From the human T2T-CHM13v2.0 reference genome, Homo sapiens: a DNA stretch of 64,000 nt. Both the position numbers and the translations under genes were made by a program. Below are positions 1-13,867 of this stretch, piece by piece; position 1 is the stretch's first letter; every line of letters begins with the position of its first letter. The notes beneath the pieces are model-generated. The model worked only from the letters and a program-made list of their open reading frames with translations. It was not told the DNA's origin and made no database searches. The DNA is taken from NCBI RefSeq assembly GCF_009914755.1, contig NC_060948.1; one strand, written 5' to 3'.

Positions 1-2957
1 TTTGCCCCACTGTGATTTCTTGGTACAGCCCTCCTGTGTTACTTGGGGTTGTTCTCTCCCAGTTTGGGATTTCTGCAGAACCACCCAGCCTCAGAACCTG
101 CAGGCCTGTAGTTTCTGTGGGAGTGTTGTAAGTTTGGATGTCTGCATGTGTGTGTGGCTTTGTGGTGTGTGTGTATGTGTGTGTGTTAAATGGAGTCTAA
201 CTAAATGAATTAGGCTAACGCACTGCAGTGCTTTTTTTTGTCTCTCAACTTTTTGGTAGCCTATTTGTGTGGTTCTGCTTGGGCTGTGGGGCTCTGTGTT
301 CTTTATTTTTCTGTGGATCAAGAACCCTCAGTGATTTGGGAGGCTGGCTGTGACCCACTATGGTCCAAATATCCTGAACCTGCAAAAAAAGCCACTCTTC
401 TCGAAAGAAGAGGAGCACACCTCACCCAAGAAGAAACATCTCCCAGTGTTTCATTGTCCTGTGGCCAACCCAGGGAGAAACACCAGCAGTCCTGAAGGCA
501 GGGCCCCTTGAATTTACCTTGAATTTGGTTCACAGTAGAGCAGGTGCTTCGTGTCATGAGGGGGCACTCCGCCATCGTCTTGGGATTTTATTCTGGGACA
601 AACAGTGTGAGCAGCAGTAAGGTAAGATGGGGTGAGGATATAATCTGGTGAGGTTTGGATGCAGACCTGCACCTTCACCTGCAAAAATAGTAAAGAACTG
701 ATGGCACAGAACGTGCTTCCAACAGCATCCCCACATTTGCTTAATTGCACAAGCCGTCCATGTCATGGCTTGGGAGTACTTCTGCGTGCAGGGAACATTT
801 GGAGTGCATACTCGGCCATCCTGGCAAACTCCCAATTTCAGGGCTGTCATACCCAGAACTAAATGGGTGTGGGATGGATTGATGTTTGGTGGGATGTGAC
901 CTTCACACTTGTCTCCTCTTCTCCTCACTTACATTTCCCTCATTGGCCTAGGTTTTCCTGGGTCTGTCTAAATGTCTACCACAATAAAGGTTTCCCAGTT
1001 CATGGAGGACGACCCTCATTTGAATCCATTGTGTGAGTGTTTCCTTCTAAACACTGTCGTGTTTTAATGACTGGGCAGCTTTGATACTTTTAAAACTGTA
1101 AATGTCAGTTACAGCCACCAAAAAGGAAACTCCTATTCTCCCACTTATTTTTCAGAGGGCTGCAAGATTCCTGTATGATGAGAAGCAGGCAGCTATGTCT
1201 GATATTGCCTGGTAATCTAGCCTCTGTTTCAATTCATCTTCAAGTCCTTTCTCATTGTGGAGGGGCTCTTTCATTGGGTTGTTGCTGCATTGCACTGCCT
1301 CTCACCCCAGATCTTTTGGCTGCCAGGGATTTCAGGGAGCAAAAGGGACTTGGGGTAGGCTGGCTGCACTCCAGGTTGTGGGTTGTTGTCTCATTGTGGG
1401 GGCTGAGGTTGTTTGCACTTTGCAGGAGGCTTTTGGGTCCTCTGACAGGAGTCTTTGAACATTGCTTGGATTCCACCATAAGGCAGCTCTTTCTCTCAGT
1501 TGAGCCTTGATTTTTCTTTGCTTTCAAGGGGAATACACAGTGCCCCTTAACAGCACTACTGGACACAATTTCAGACTTGGCACCACCACAGACGTTTCCA
1601 AGATACTCTCTCAACCTCATCTGCACCTACAAGAAGCCAGTCCGAGGTGTGAGAACACTGCACCACCTTGGACTTGCCTTTGTCATGGTTTCTGCCTTTC
1701 CCAGACAGCTCCAGAATGAAGGGTGGCAGTGAGGTCAAGAGTCTGACCATCTTTCACTGGCACCCACCTCTGGGTTCTCAGGCACGTTTCTATCACCCAG
1801 AGAACCCTCAAAAACACAGCAGATTATATTCCAGTCCCCATGGGACCTGATTCTTGCACACAGCCCCTTTGGAGAATAAAGTCAGAAGAGGAGTTTCCAG
1901 CGACCACCTCACAGTCTCAAAAAGCTTCCTCCTCCAGGAGGCCCCAACCACAGATATGGCCCAAGGGGCCCTGAGGTCGAGAATTTTAGTGCCCTGCAGT
2001 GGGTGTTTGCAGGCATCCTTTACTTCAACACCAGGTCGGCTCTGACTGTACATTTTCCTGTGCTTAGGCAGCCTGACAGTTCTGCTAGCCTGGAGGCCTT
2101 GCCTGCCTCACGAATGCGCATGCGCTAGACTCAAGGACTCAGGCCTGATTATGAGCCCTTGCTTGTGTCACATCGAATGTCACAGTTGCCTAACTACAAG
2201 TCCCTGCGGCTTTGCGGCGAAGGAGACCTCGTGGAGGTGCCTTGGCAGTGGGCTTTTGCGTCTCGTCTGTTGTATTCACCAGATACTCCCATGATCCTAG
2301 GGCAGACGTGAGCCAGCCTGAAGAAACCTCAAGCACGACCTCAGGAATAAATTGCAAAATCCTAAGAATCCAAAAGGATCTGAAGGATTCCTCAGGCCTG
2401 CCTAGACGTTGTAGGGGTGAGTCTTTTTTAAACTTGCCCCACTGTGATTTCTAGATACAGCCCGCCTGTGTTCCGCGAGTTTGCTGTCTCCCAGATGGGG
2501 CTTCCTGCAGAACCACGCATCCTCAGCAGCTGCTGGACTGTGTGTTTCTCTGGGAGACTTGCAAGTGTTAGATGTTTGCCTGTGTGTGTATGTGTGTGTG
2601 TGTATGTGCCAGTAAGTGGCGTCTGTTTAAAGGAATGAGGCTAACACACTTAAGCACCTTTTTTTTTTTTTTTTTTAGTCTCCCAACCTAGTGTTGTCCT
2701 GTCTCTGTGGCTCTGCTTAGGCTGCGGGGCTTTGTTTTCTTTATTTTTCTGTGGATCGTGAATCCGCAGCAAATTGGGAGGCGTGCCATGACCCGCTGGC
2801 GTCCAAATCACCTCTGCCAGCAGAACAACAACAGCAATAACAAAAAAAGCCACTTTTCTAGAAAGAAGAGGAGCACACCACACCATAAAACAGGTCTCCC
2901 AGTGTTCCATTGTCCTGCAGCCAACCCAGGGAGAGACACTAGCAGTCTTTTCCACAG
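1..2957 (-). repeat. ~2.45-kb Y-ampliconic tandem repeat (NORF/TTTY type), ~1.2 units in reverse orientation
   Basis: TTGCCCCACTGTGATTTCT occurs at 2 and 2434 (period 2432). The segment is the reverse complement of the downstream units, e.g. CAGGCCTGCCTAGACGTTGTAGGGGTGAGTC at ~2393-2423. The NORF name rests on the known ~2.5-kb diverged Y arrays. Confidence 0.9.
2116..2125. promoter_or_regulatory. NRF1-like palindrome GCGCATGCGC
   Basis: Exact match to the NRF1 core, in the reverse-oriented unit. Confidence 0.45.
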
Positions 2958-3451
2958 CGAAACACACAAAGCCACACACACATGCAGACATCCAAAACTT
3001 ACAACACTCTGACAGAAAAACACAGCCCGGCATCTCCTGAGGCTGCGTGGTTCTGCAGGAAGCTTCACCTGGGAGACAGCAACCCTGGGGAACTCATGCA
3101 GGCTGTATCTAGAAAACACAGTGGGATAATTTTCAAAAAGACTCACCCCTGCAAAGTCTAGGTAGGCCTGAGGCATTCTGCAGATCCTTTTGGACACTTA
3201 AGAGATTTCGTAGTGAATTCCTGCGGCTCTGCTTGAGGTTTCCTTAGGCTGGCTCACATCAGCATTCTCCTAGCATCATGAGATTATGCTGAGGGTCCCA
3301 CAAACAGTACAAGCGAAAGTCTGTGGCCGACCCACCTCCGCAGATGTTTCCTTCTCCGCTAAGCCACAGGGACTTGTCTCTAGGCAATGGTGGTGGCATT
3401 CATTGAGACATCAGCCAGAGCTCACAGTTCAGGTCTGGTGCCCTGAGACTA

Positions 3452-3461
3452 GCGCATGCGC
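3452..3461. promoter_or_regulatory. NRF1-like palindrome GCGCATGCGC
   Basis: Exact core; a GTGAGT donor lies 308 nt downstream at 3760. Confidence 0.5.
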
Positions 3462-6400
3462 ATTCACGAGGCAAGGTTGGGCGCCTGGCTGTCAGAGCTG
3501 TCAGCCTGCCTAACCAGAGGAAAATGGTACAGCCAGAGCCGGCCTGTTATGGGAAAAAAGGCTGACTGCAGTAACCCACTGTGGGACACTAAAAGCGTCG
3601 ACCTCAGAGCTCTGTCGGGTCTTCTCTGTGGTCTGGTCTCGCTGAAGGAGGACACATTTTGAGACTGTGAGGAGGACGCTGGAAACTGCTTTTCTCACTC
3701 CATGGCTGAAAGAGGCTGTGTGTAAGAATCAAGTCCCATGGGAATTGGAATATAGTCTGGTGAGTTTCCGGGGGTCTTCGGGTGATGGAATCATACCTGA
3801 GACCCCAGAGGAGGGTGTCTGTGAAAGATGGCCAGGCCCTTGATGTGACTGCCTCCCTTCATCCTGGCCTCACAGGGGCTCTTGAGAAAAGGCTGGAACC
3901 ATGACAAAAGGAGGTCCAAGTTGGAGAAGTGTTTTCACACCTCGAACTGGCCTCTCACGGGTGCAAATGAGGTTGAGACAGTGTCTCAGCGCCCATTTGT
4001 GGCGAATGCAAGCCTGGAATGGTGTCCAGTAGCACTGTTGAAGGGCAATGTGGACTCCCCAGTGAAAGCAAAGAAAAATCAAAGCTCGCCTGAGAGAACG
4101 AGCTGACTAGTGCCAGAGACACAGCAATGTTAAAAGATTTCTATCAGAAGACCCAAAAGCCCCTGGCAAAGTGCAAACAAACTTGGCCCCCAAAATGAGA
4201 CCACCACCCAAAACCTGGAGTGTAGCCAGCCTACCTAAAGTCCGTTTTGCTCCCTGAAATTACTGGCAACCAAAAGATGTGTGGTGATAGGCAGTCCCAC
4301 TCAGGAAGAGTACAATGAAAGATCCACTCAGCAATGAGAAGACCATGCAGATGAAACGAAGCAGAGGCTACATTACCAGGCAAAAGCCAAACACGGCTGC
4401 CTGCTTCTCATCCTACAGGAATCATGCAGCCTTCTGAAAGAAGTGAAAGAACAAGAGTTTCCTTGTTGGCAGCTGTAAAGGCAATTTACAGGTTTAAATT
4501 ATCAATGCTGCCCAGTCATTAAAACCTGACAGGGTTTAGAAGAAAACACTCACGCAATGGATTCCCATGAGGGTGGTTCTTGAGAATTGAGAAAGGTTTA
4601 GTGTGGAAGTCACTGGGCAGAGACCCAGGAAACCCTAGGCCGATAAGCAACATGGAAGTCAAGAAAAGAAGAGGCCAGTTTGGAGGCCATAGCCCTCCCA
4701 GCAGTAACCCATCCCATTTCCATTTGGCTATGGGTATGAAAAACATAAATCCAGACTTTGCCAGGATGGGCCCAATTTGCACTCCAAATATTCCCTGCAT
4801 GTTGGATTACTTCCACCTGAACACCAGGTCATGGTTGGACTGCTTGTGCAATTAACAGAATAGGGGGATGGGAATGGAAGCACCTTCTGTGTCATCTGTC
4901 TTCATATATTTTTTGCAGTTGAAGTTGCAGGACCCCATCCACTCCTCACCAGATTGTATCCTCATCCCTATCTGACCTTATTTCTGCTCACACTCTATGT
5001 TCCAGGATGAAATCCCAAGATGATGAAGGAGTGCCCCTTCAACCTGAAGCACTTGCTCAGCTAGGAACCGAATTCAAGGTAAATTCAAGAGGTCCTGCAG
5101 ACAGGACTGCTAGTGTCTCTTCCTGGGTTGACCGCAGGACAGTGAAACACTGGGAGACATCTGTTTTTTGGTGTGTTGGTGTGATGTGTTTCTCTTCTTT
5201 CTAGAAGAGTGTTTTTTTTTATTTTTTTCCAGAGGAAGGTGATTTAGACACTGCGTATTCATGATCCACAGAAAAATAGAAAACATGGAGCCCCACAGCC
5301 CAAGCAGAGCCACACAGACAAGCAACCAAAAGAAAAGGTGAGGGACTCAAATAAAGAAGGATTGAAGTGTGTTAGCCACATTCTTTTAAGCAGACTCCAT
5401 TTGCAGGCACACACACACAAACACACAATGCCACACACACACACAGAAATCCAACACTCAAAACACTCCCAAAGGAACACACAACCTGGCAGCTTCTGAG
5501 GCTGTATGTTTCTGCAGGAAGCCCCACCTGGAAAAGAGCAACCCCGGGGAACACAGGAGGGCTTTACCTAAAAATATCAGAGGGGCAAGTTTCAAAAAGA
5601 CTCACCCCTAAAACATCTAGGCAGATCTGAGGAATCCTGCAGATGCTTTTGGATCCTTAGGGAGTTTGCAGTTTATTCCTAGGGCTCTGCTTGACATTTC
5701 TTCAGGCTCCCTCACATCTGCCATCTCCTAGGATCATGAGATTATTCTGTGGATCCCACATAGAAGACAGGCAAAGAGTGCACCGCCAATGCACCTCCAC
5801 AGAGGTCTCCTCTGGAGCTCAAAATCAGGAATGGTTCCCTGAGCTTAGCTCATGAACATTCATAAGGCAGGCTCTGGCACCCAGATGTCAGAGCTCTCAG
5901 CCTGACTAAGCAGAGGAAAATGCTACAGGCAGAGCCGCCCTGGTATCAAGAAAAACGATGCCTGTGAAAACCCACTGTGAGACTCTAAAAGTCTCAACCT
6001 CAGGGCCCCTTTGGGCCATCTCCATGGTTGGTTCCCACTGGAGGAGGAGGCATTTCAGGACTGTGAGGTTGTTACTGGAAACTGCTCTTCAGACTCTATT
6101 CCTCAAAGAGGCTGTGTGCAAGAATCTGGTCCCATGGAGATTGGAATAGAATCTGTTGTGTTGTTGGGGTTCTTTGGGTGAAAGAATTATACCTGAAACC
6201 CCAGAGATGGGCATCAGTGAAAGATGCCCGAGCTTGACCTCATGGCCTCCCTTCATTCTGGGCCTCACAGGGGCCCTCTGGAAAAGTCAGGAACCATGAC
6301 AGAGGAAAGCCCAAGGTGGAGCAGTTGTCTCACACCTCAGACTGGTCTCTCCTTGGTGCAGATGAGGTTGACACAGTGTCTCAGAGGCCATTTGTGGTAA

Positions 6401-9400
6401 TAGTAAGCATGAAAATTGTGTCCAGCAGTGCTGTTAACAGGCATTGTGGACTTTCCCTGAAAGCAAGAAAAAAATAAGGCTTGCCTGAGAAAATGAGCTG
6501 CCTTGTGCTGGAGTCCAATCGATGTTCAGTGATTTCTGTCAGGGTACCCAAAAGCCTACTGCAAAGTGCCAGCAACTTCAGCCCCCAAAACGTGACCATA
6601 GACCAAAACCTGGAGCACAGTAAGCCTACTCAAAGTCCCTTTCGCTCTCTGAAACCCCAAGAAGCTATACAATCTGTAGTGAGAGGCAGTCCCTTCCAGC
6701 AACAGCTCAATGAATGAGCCCCTCCACAGTGAGAGAGAGCCATGCAGATTTAATGAAACCGAGCCTAGATTGCCAGGTAAAACGTACACACAGCTGTCTT
6801 CTTCTCCTCCTACAGGAATCATGCAGGCCTCTGATAGAAGTGGGAGAATAAGAGTTTCCTTGTTGGTGGCTGAAATGGAAATTTATGGTTTTAAAAGTAT
6901 CAAAACTGCCCAGTCATTAAAACGTGACAGTGTTTGGAAGAAAACACTCATGCAGTGGATTCCACTGAGGGTCATTCTCCAGGAACAGGCAAACGTTTAG
7001 TGTGGAAGTCATTTAGCCAGACCCAGGAAACCCTAGGGTGACCAGGAGCATGGAAGTCAGGAAAAGAACATGCAAGTATGGAGGCCACATCCCACCCAGC
7101 ATCAAACCATTCCACTCCATTTGGCTGTAGGTATGAAAGCCCTTAAATCGGGAGTTTGCCAGGATGGCCTCAATTTGCACTCCACATGTTCCTTAAACAT
7201 AGGAGTACTGCCACCTGAACTCCGGGACATGGTGTAGACTGCTTGTGAAATTAAGGGAATGTGGGCACAGAATTGGAAGCACCTTCTGTCATCTGTCTTC
7301 ATCTTTTTGCAGGTGAAGTTGCAGGACCCCTTCCCCTTGTCTTCAGATTATATCCTCACCTTTATCTGATGTTATTTCTGCTCATATTCTGTGTCCCAGG
7401 ATGAAATCCCAAAATGAGGGAGGAGTGTCCCCTCACAATGGTGTAGCACCTGCTCAGCTGGGAATTGAATTTGAGGTAAATATAGGGGCCCTGAGGACTG
7501 GACTGCTAGTGTCTCTCCCTGGGTTGGCTGCAGGAAAATGAAACACTTGGAAATGTCTGTTTTTTTGGTATGGTGTGCTCCTCTTCTTTCTAGAAGAGTG
7601 GCTTTTATTGCACAGGGAGATACCTTGGTCCCCAGCAGGCTTGGTCCGCCTCCAAAGTCACTGAGGATTCATTATTCACAGAAAGATAAATAACACAGAG
7701 CCCCACAGCCCAAAAGAGTCATACAGACAGGCCACCAAAAGGTTAGTAGACTCAAAAAAAAAAAAAAAGAACCGCTGAAGTGCTTTAGCCACATTCCTTT
7801 AAGCAGACTCCACTTAATGTCACACACACACACAAACACACAATAAAACACACGCAGGCAGACATCCAACACTTGCAACACCCCCAAAAAAACACACAGA
7901 CTGTCAACTCCTCAGGCTGTGGGATTATGCAGGAAGACCCATCTGAGACAGAGCAACTCCAAGGAAAATAAATGGGCTGTACCTAAAAATCACAGTAAGA
8001 CAAGTTCCAAAAAGGTTCACCCTTCCAACATCTAGACATCATGCAGATGCTTTTTGATCCTTAGGGATTTGGCAGGAGCTCTTCTTGATGTTTCTTCAGG
8101 CTGGCTCACGTCCTCCCTATCCTAGGATTATGGGACTATCCTGTGGATCTCACAGAGTAGACAGGTGAGAGACCACAGCCGACGAACCTCCATGGAGGTC
8201 TCCTCCTTGGGAGTCTCTTCCACAAAGCCGCGGGGACTTGTCGCTAGGCAACGGTGACATTCGCTGTGACTCTAGACAGAGTTCACACTCAGGACTGGTG
8301 CCCTGAGAGTAGCTCATGTGGATTCCTGAGACATGCTTATGTGTACTGCTGTAACAGCGTTCAGCCTGCCTAAGCAGAGGAAAATGGTACAGTCGGAGCT
8401 GGCCTGCTATCAAGAAAAAGGCTGCCTGTGAAGACCCATGGCGGGACAATAAAAGCCTCAACCTCAGGACTCATTTGGACCATCTCTGTCTTCGCGTCCT
8501 GATGGAGGATGAGGTGTTTCAAGACTGTGAGGTGGTCACTGAAAACTGCCGTTTGAAATCCATTCCCAAAAGAGAATGTGTGTCTTCAAGACTCGGGTCC
8601 CATGGTGATTGGCATATAGTCTGTCTGGTGTGTTGTTGATGGTTCTTTGGGTCATAGCATCATACCTGAGACTCCAGAGGCATTTTTTAGTAAAGATGTC
8701 TGGGCTCTTGACCTCACTACCTCCATCATCCTATGCCTAGCAGGGGCTCTCTGAGAAATGCAGGAACCATGAAAAAGGCAAGTCAAAGTTTGAACCATAT
8801 TCTCACACCTTGGACTGACCTCTTATGGGTGAAGATGAGGTAGAGACCATGTCTCAGAGGTCATCTTTGATGATGGCAAGCCTGAAAAGGATATCCAGTA
8901 GAGCTGTTGAAGGACACTGTGGATTGCCCATAAAAGCAAAGAAAAATCGATGCTCACCTGACAGAATGAGCTGCACTGAGCTGGAGTTTAAGCAATGTTC
9001 AATGCTTCCTGTCAGAGAACCCAAAAGCCTCCCAAATTGCAAACAACTTCAGCCCCCACAATGAGACAACAACTCGAAACTTGGAGCACAGCCACACTCC
9101 TCAAAGTCCCTTTTGCTCTTTGAAATCCCGGGAAGCAAAATAATCTTTGGTGAGAGGCAGTCCCATCCAGCTACAGCCCAGTGAAAGAATACCTGCTCAG
9201 TAAGATGACTATGCAGATGAAAAAAATCAGAGGCTAGACTACCAGGCAAAAGCCAGACAGGGCTGACTTCTTCTCACCCTACAGGAATCATGCAGAATGC
9301 CAACAGAAGTGAAAAATACAAGAGTTTCCTTGTTGGCGGCTATAAGGGAATTTACCGTTTTAGAAGTATCAAAGCTGCCCAGTCATTAAATTGTGAAAGG

Positions 9401-9872
9401 GTTTAGAAGGAAACACTCATGCAATGGATTCCCATTAGGGTCATTCTCTGTGAACTGAGAAACATGTTTTGTAGAAGTCATTGAGCCAGACACAGGAAAC
9501 CCTACACTGACAAGAAACATGGAAGTCAGAGAAAGAAGGGGCAAGTGTGGAGGCCACTTCCCACCTACCATCAATCCATTTCATTCCCATTTTGCTCCCA
9601 GTATGAAAGCCTGCAAATTGAGAGTTTGCCAGGATGACCCCAGTTTGCACCCCAAATATTTCTTGCACATTGGAGTACTTTCACCTGAACACCGGGCCAT
9701 GGTGTGGACTGCTTGTGCAATTAAGGGAATGTTGGGATGGAGTTGGAAGTACCTTCTGTGTCATCTGTCTTCATTTTTTTGCAGGTGAAGTTGTGGGATC
9801 TCATCCAATTCCCACCAGATTTTATCCTCACTCTTGTCTGACCTTATTGTTGCTCACACTCTATGTCCAAAA

Positions 9873-10770
9873 ATGAAAACCCAAGACGATGGAGTATTGC
9901 CCCCTTATGATGTGAAGCAACTGCGTGGCTGGGACCTGAATTTGAGGTAAATTCAAGGGCCCTGTGGACAGGACTGCTAGTGTATCTTCCTGCATTGGCT
10001 GCAGGACAATGAAACACTCAGAGATGACTGTTTTTTCATGTGGTGTGCTCCCCTTTTTTCTAAGAGTGGCTTTCTTTTGGAGTGAGAGGTGAGTTTGACA
10101 CTGGTGGGTCTCAGGCTGCCTCCCAATTCACTGGGGATTTATGATCCACAGAAAACTAAAGAACATGGAGCCCCACAGCCCAAGCAGTGCTGTACAGACA
10201 AGCCACCAAAAAGCTGGGAAACTCAAAAAAAAGAAGTGCTAAAATGTGTTAGCCATATTCCTTTAAGAATACTCCACTTATATTCTAACACGCACACACA
10301 CAGACACACACACACACAGACATCCAACACTCTCAATACTTTCACAGAAACACACAGGCTGGCAGCTCCTGAGGCTGTGTGGTTCTGCAGGAAGCCCCAT
10401 CTGGCAGAGAGCAACCTCGGGGAACACAGCCACTATACCTGGATATCACAGTAGAGCAATTTCAAAAAGACTCAACCCTACAAAGTCTAAACAGGTTTGA
10501 AGAATTCTGCAGATTGTTTTGTATTCTCAGGGATTTCACAGTTTATTCCTGGGGCTCTGTTTGATGTTACTTCTGGCTGCCTCATGCCTGCCCTTTCCTG
10601 GGATCATGGGACTATCCCATCGATCCAACAGAGAAGACAGTCAAGAGTCCACTGCTGATGCACCTCCACAGAGGTCTCTTTATCTGCCAAGCTTCAGGGA
10701 CTTGTCACTAGGCAAAGGTGGCATTCATTGTGAAGCTAGCCAGAGCTCACAATCAGGCCTGGTGCCCTGA
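9873..10770 (+). CDS. Putative 100-aa two-exon ORF (9873-9946, 10542-10770), TTTY13-like, with one hydrophobic segment
   Basis: ATG at 9873, donor GAG|GTAAAT at 9946, acceptor TTCACAG| at 10541 and TGA ending at 10770. 74+229 = 303 nt, open throughout. Translation is not shown. Confidence 0.35.
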
Positions 10771-13700
10771 GACTAGTGCATGCACATTAATGAGGCAGGT
10801 TTTAGCGCTGGCTCTCAGACCCGTCAGCCTGCCTAAGCAGAGGAAAATGGCAGAGGCAGAGTCAGTCTGGTATCAGGAAATAAGCTGCCTGTGAAACACA
10901 TTGCAGGACCCTAAAAGTCTCAACTTTGGGGGTTATTCAAGCCATCTTCATGATTGTGTTCCACTGGAGGAGGAGGCATTTCAAGACCATGAGGTGGTCG
11001 TGGAAACTGCTCTTCTGAGTCAATTCCCGAAGGAGGCTGTGTTAAAGAATTGAGTCCCATAACGATTGATATATAGTCTGGTGTGTTCTAGAGGGTACTT
11101 TTGGGTGATAGCATCATACCTGAGACCCCACAGGTGGGTGTCAGCAAAAGATGACCAGGCTCTTGACCTCTCTGCCTCCCTTCATCTGGGGCATCGCATA
11201 GGCTCTCTGGGAAAGGCAGGAAGCCAGACAAGGCAAGTATAAGATGAACACTGTTCTCACACCTTGAACTTGCCCCTCATGGGTTCACATGAGGTTGTGA
11301 CACCATCTCAGAGGCTGCCTGTGGTGACAGCAAGCCTGAAAAGGATGTCCAGTAGTGCTGTTGAGGAGCACTGTGAATTCTCCATGAAAGCAAAGAAAAA
11401 TCAAGGCTCACCTGAAAGAATGAGTGGCCTTGTGCTGGAGTCCAAGCAATGTTCATGATTCCTGTCAGAAGACCCCAAAGACTCATGCAAAGTGCAAACA
11501 ACCTCAGCTCCCACAACAATACAACAATCCATAATCTGGAGTGCAGCCAGATGACCCAAAGTCCCTTCTGCTCTCTGAAATCTCTGGCAGCTAAATAATT
11601 GGTGGGAAGAGGCATTCCTATCCAGCAACAGAACAATGCAAGAGCCCCTCCACTATGAGAAGGCCACGCAGATGAAATGAAACAGAGGCTAGTTTACCAG
11701 GCAAAAGCCAGACACAGCTGCAAGCTTCTCATCCTACAGGAATCATGCAGCACTCTGACAGAAGTGGGAGAATAGGTGTTTCCTTGTTTGCTGCTGTAAC
11801 AGGAATTAACGGTTTTTAAAGTATCAGAGCAGCCCCGTCAATAAAAAGTGAGAATTTTTAGAAGAAAACGTTCATGCTATGGATTCCCATGAGGGTCATT
11901 CTCATGAACTGAGAAACATTTAATGTGGAAGTCGTTGAGCCAGGCACAGGAAACCCTAGGCTGGAGAGAAACATGGAAGTCAGAAAAAGAAGAGGCAAGT
12001 GTAGAGGCCACATCCTACCCAGCACCAATCCATTCCACTCCCATTTGGCTCTGGGTATGAAAGTACTCACATTGGGAGTTTGCCAGAATGGCCCCAATTT
12101 GCCCTCCAAATATTCTTTGCACATTGAAATACTCCCACCTGAATTCTGGGCCATGGTGTGGACTGCTTTTGAAATTAAGCGGATGTTGGGATGGAGTTAG
12201 AAGCACATTTTGTGTCATCTGTCTTTATTATTATTATTATTTTTGCAGGTGAAGTTGCTGGAACCCATTCTCCATTCAGTAGATTGTATCCTCACCACAT
12301 GTGACCTAATTGCTGCTCACACTCTATGTTCCAGGATAAAATCCCAAGAAGATGGAGAAGTGTCCCCCAATGATGTGAAGCATGTGCGCAGCTGGGAACC
12401 AAATTCGAGGTTAATCCAAGTGGCCTTGCAGACAGATCTGCTAGAGTCTCTCCCTGCGTTGTCCTCAAGATGATGGAAACACTGTTAGATGCCTGGTTTT
12501 TGGTGTGGTGTGCTCCTCTTCTAGAAGAGTAGTTTCTTCTGCAGGGGGAGGTGATTTTGGACGCTGGCGGGTCTTGGCCCACCTCCAAATTCACTGGGGA
12601 TTCACAATCCACAGAAAAATAACACGGAGCCATGCAGCCCAAGCATAGCCACACAGAGAGGCCACCAAAAGGTAGTGAGTCTAAAAACAAGAAGCACTGA
12701 AGTGTGTTAGCCCCATTCCTTTAAGCAGACCCCACTTACAGGCACACACGCACACAAAATGCCACACACACTCGACGTCAAACACTCGCAACACACCCAC
12801 GGAAACACACAGCATGGCAGATCCTGAGCTTGCATGGTTCCGCAGGAGGCCCCACCTGAGAGACAGCAACCCCAGGGAACACAGGCAGCCTGTACCTAGA
12901 AATCACATTGGCATAAGTTTCAAAACACATACAACCTCTAGGCTGGCCTGAGGAATTCTGCAGATCCTTTTGGATGCTTAGGGATTTTGCAGTTTATTTG
13001 TGGGATTGTGGTTGATGTTTCTTCAGGCTGACTCCCATAAGCCCTCTGATCATGGTTGAGGTTTCTTCAGGCATCCCACAGAAAAGACAGGGGAGAGTCC
13101 ACCGCCAATGCACCTCCGAGCAGGTCTCTTTCTCTGCCAAGCTGCATGAACTTGTTGCTAGGCAACGGTGACATTGTGAGGCTAGGCAGAACTCACCATC
13201 ATGCCTGGTGCCCTGAAACTAGCACATGCACATTCTTGGGGCAGGTTCAAGCACCCAGCTGTCAGCGATGTCAGCCTGCCTAGGCAGAGGAAAATGCACA
13301 GGCAAAGCTGGCCTCATATCGGGAAAATGGCTACCTGTGAAAACCCACTGTGAGACCCTAAACATCTCGACCTTAGGGCCCCATGGGCAGCCTCCATGGT
13401 CTCATCCCGCTGAAGGAGTACACATTTCATTACTCTTAGGTAGTGGCTGGAAACTGCTCTTCTGACTCTATTCCTGAAAGAGAATGTGTGTGCAAGGACC
13501 AGATCCTATGGGGATCAGGATATAGTCTGTTGTGTTGTTCAGTGTTCTTTGGATAATAGAATTATATCTAAGACACCAGAGGCAGGTGTCAGCAAAAGAT
13601 GGCCAGGCCCTTAATCTCACTGCCTCCCTTCATTCTGGGCCTCACAGGGGCTCTCTCAGATAAGCAAGAACCACAAGAAAGGTCTCCAACCACATGTTGG

Positions 13701-13867
13701 AGACATGTTCTCACACTTTGAACTGGCCTCTCATGGGTGCAGATGAGGTTGAGACAGTGTCTTAGAGGCCATCTGTGGCAATTGCCACCCTGGAAAGGGT
13801 ATCCAGTAGTGTTGCAAGAGCACTGTGGATTCCTTATACTCAGAGAGAAAAAATCACTTGAGAGAAT

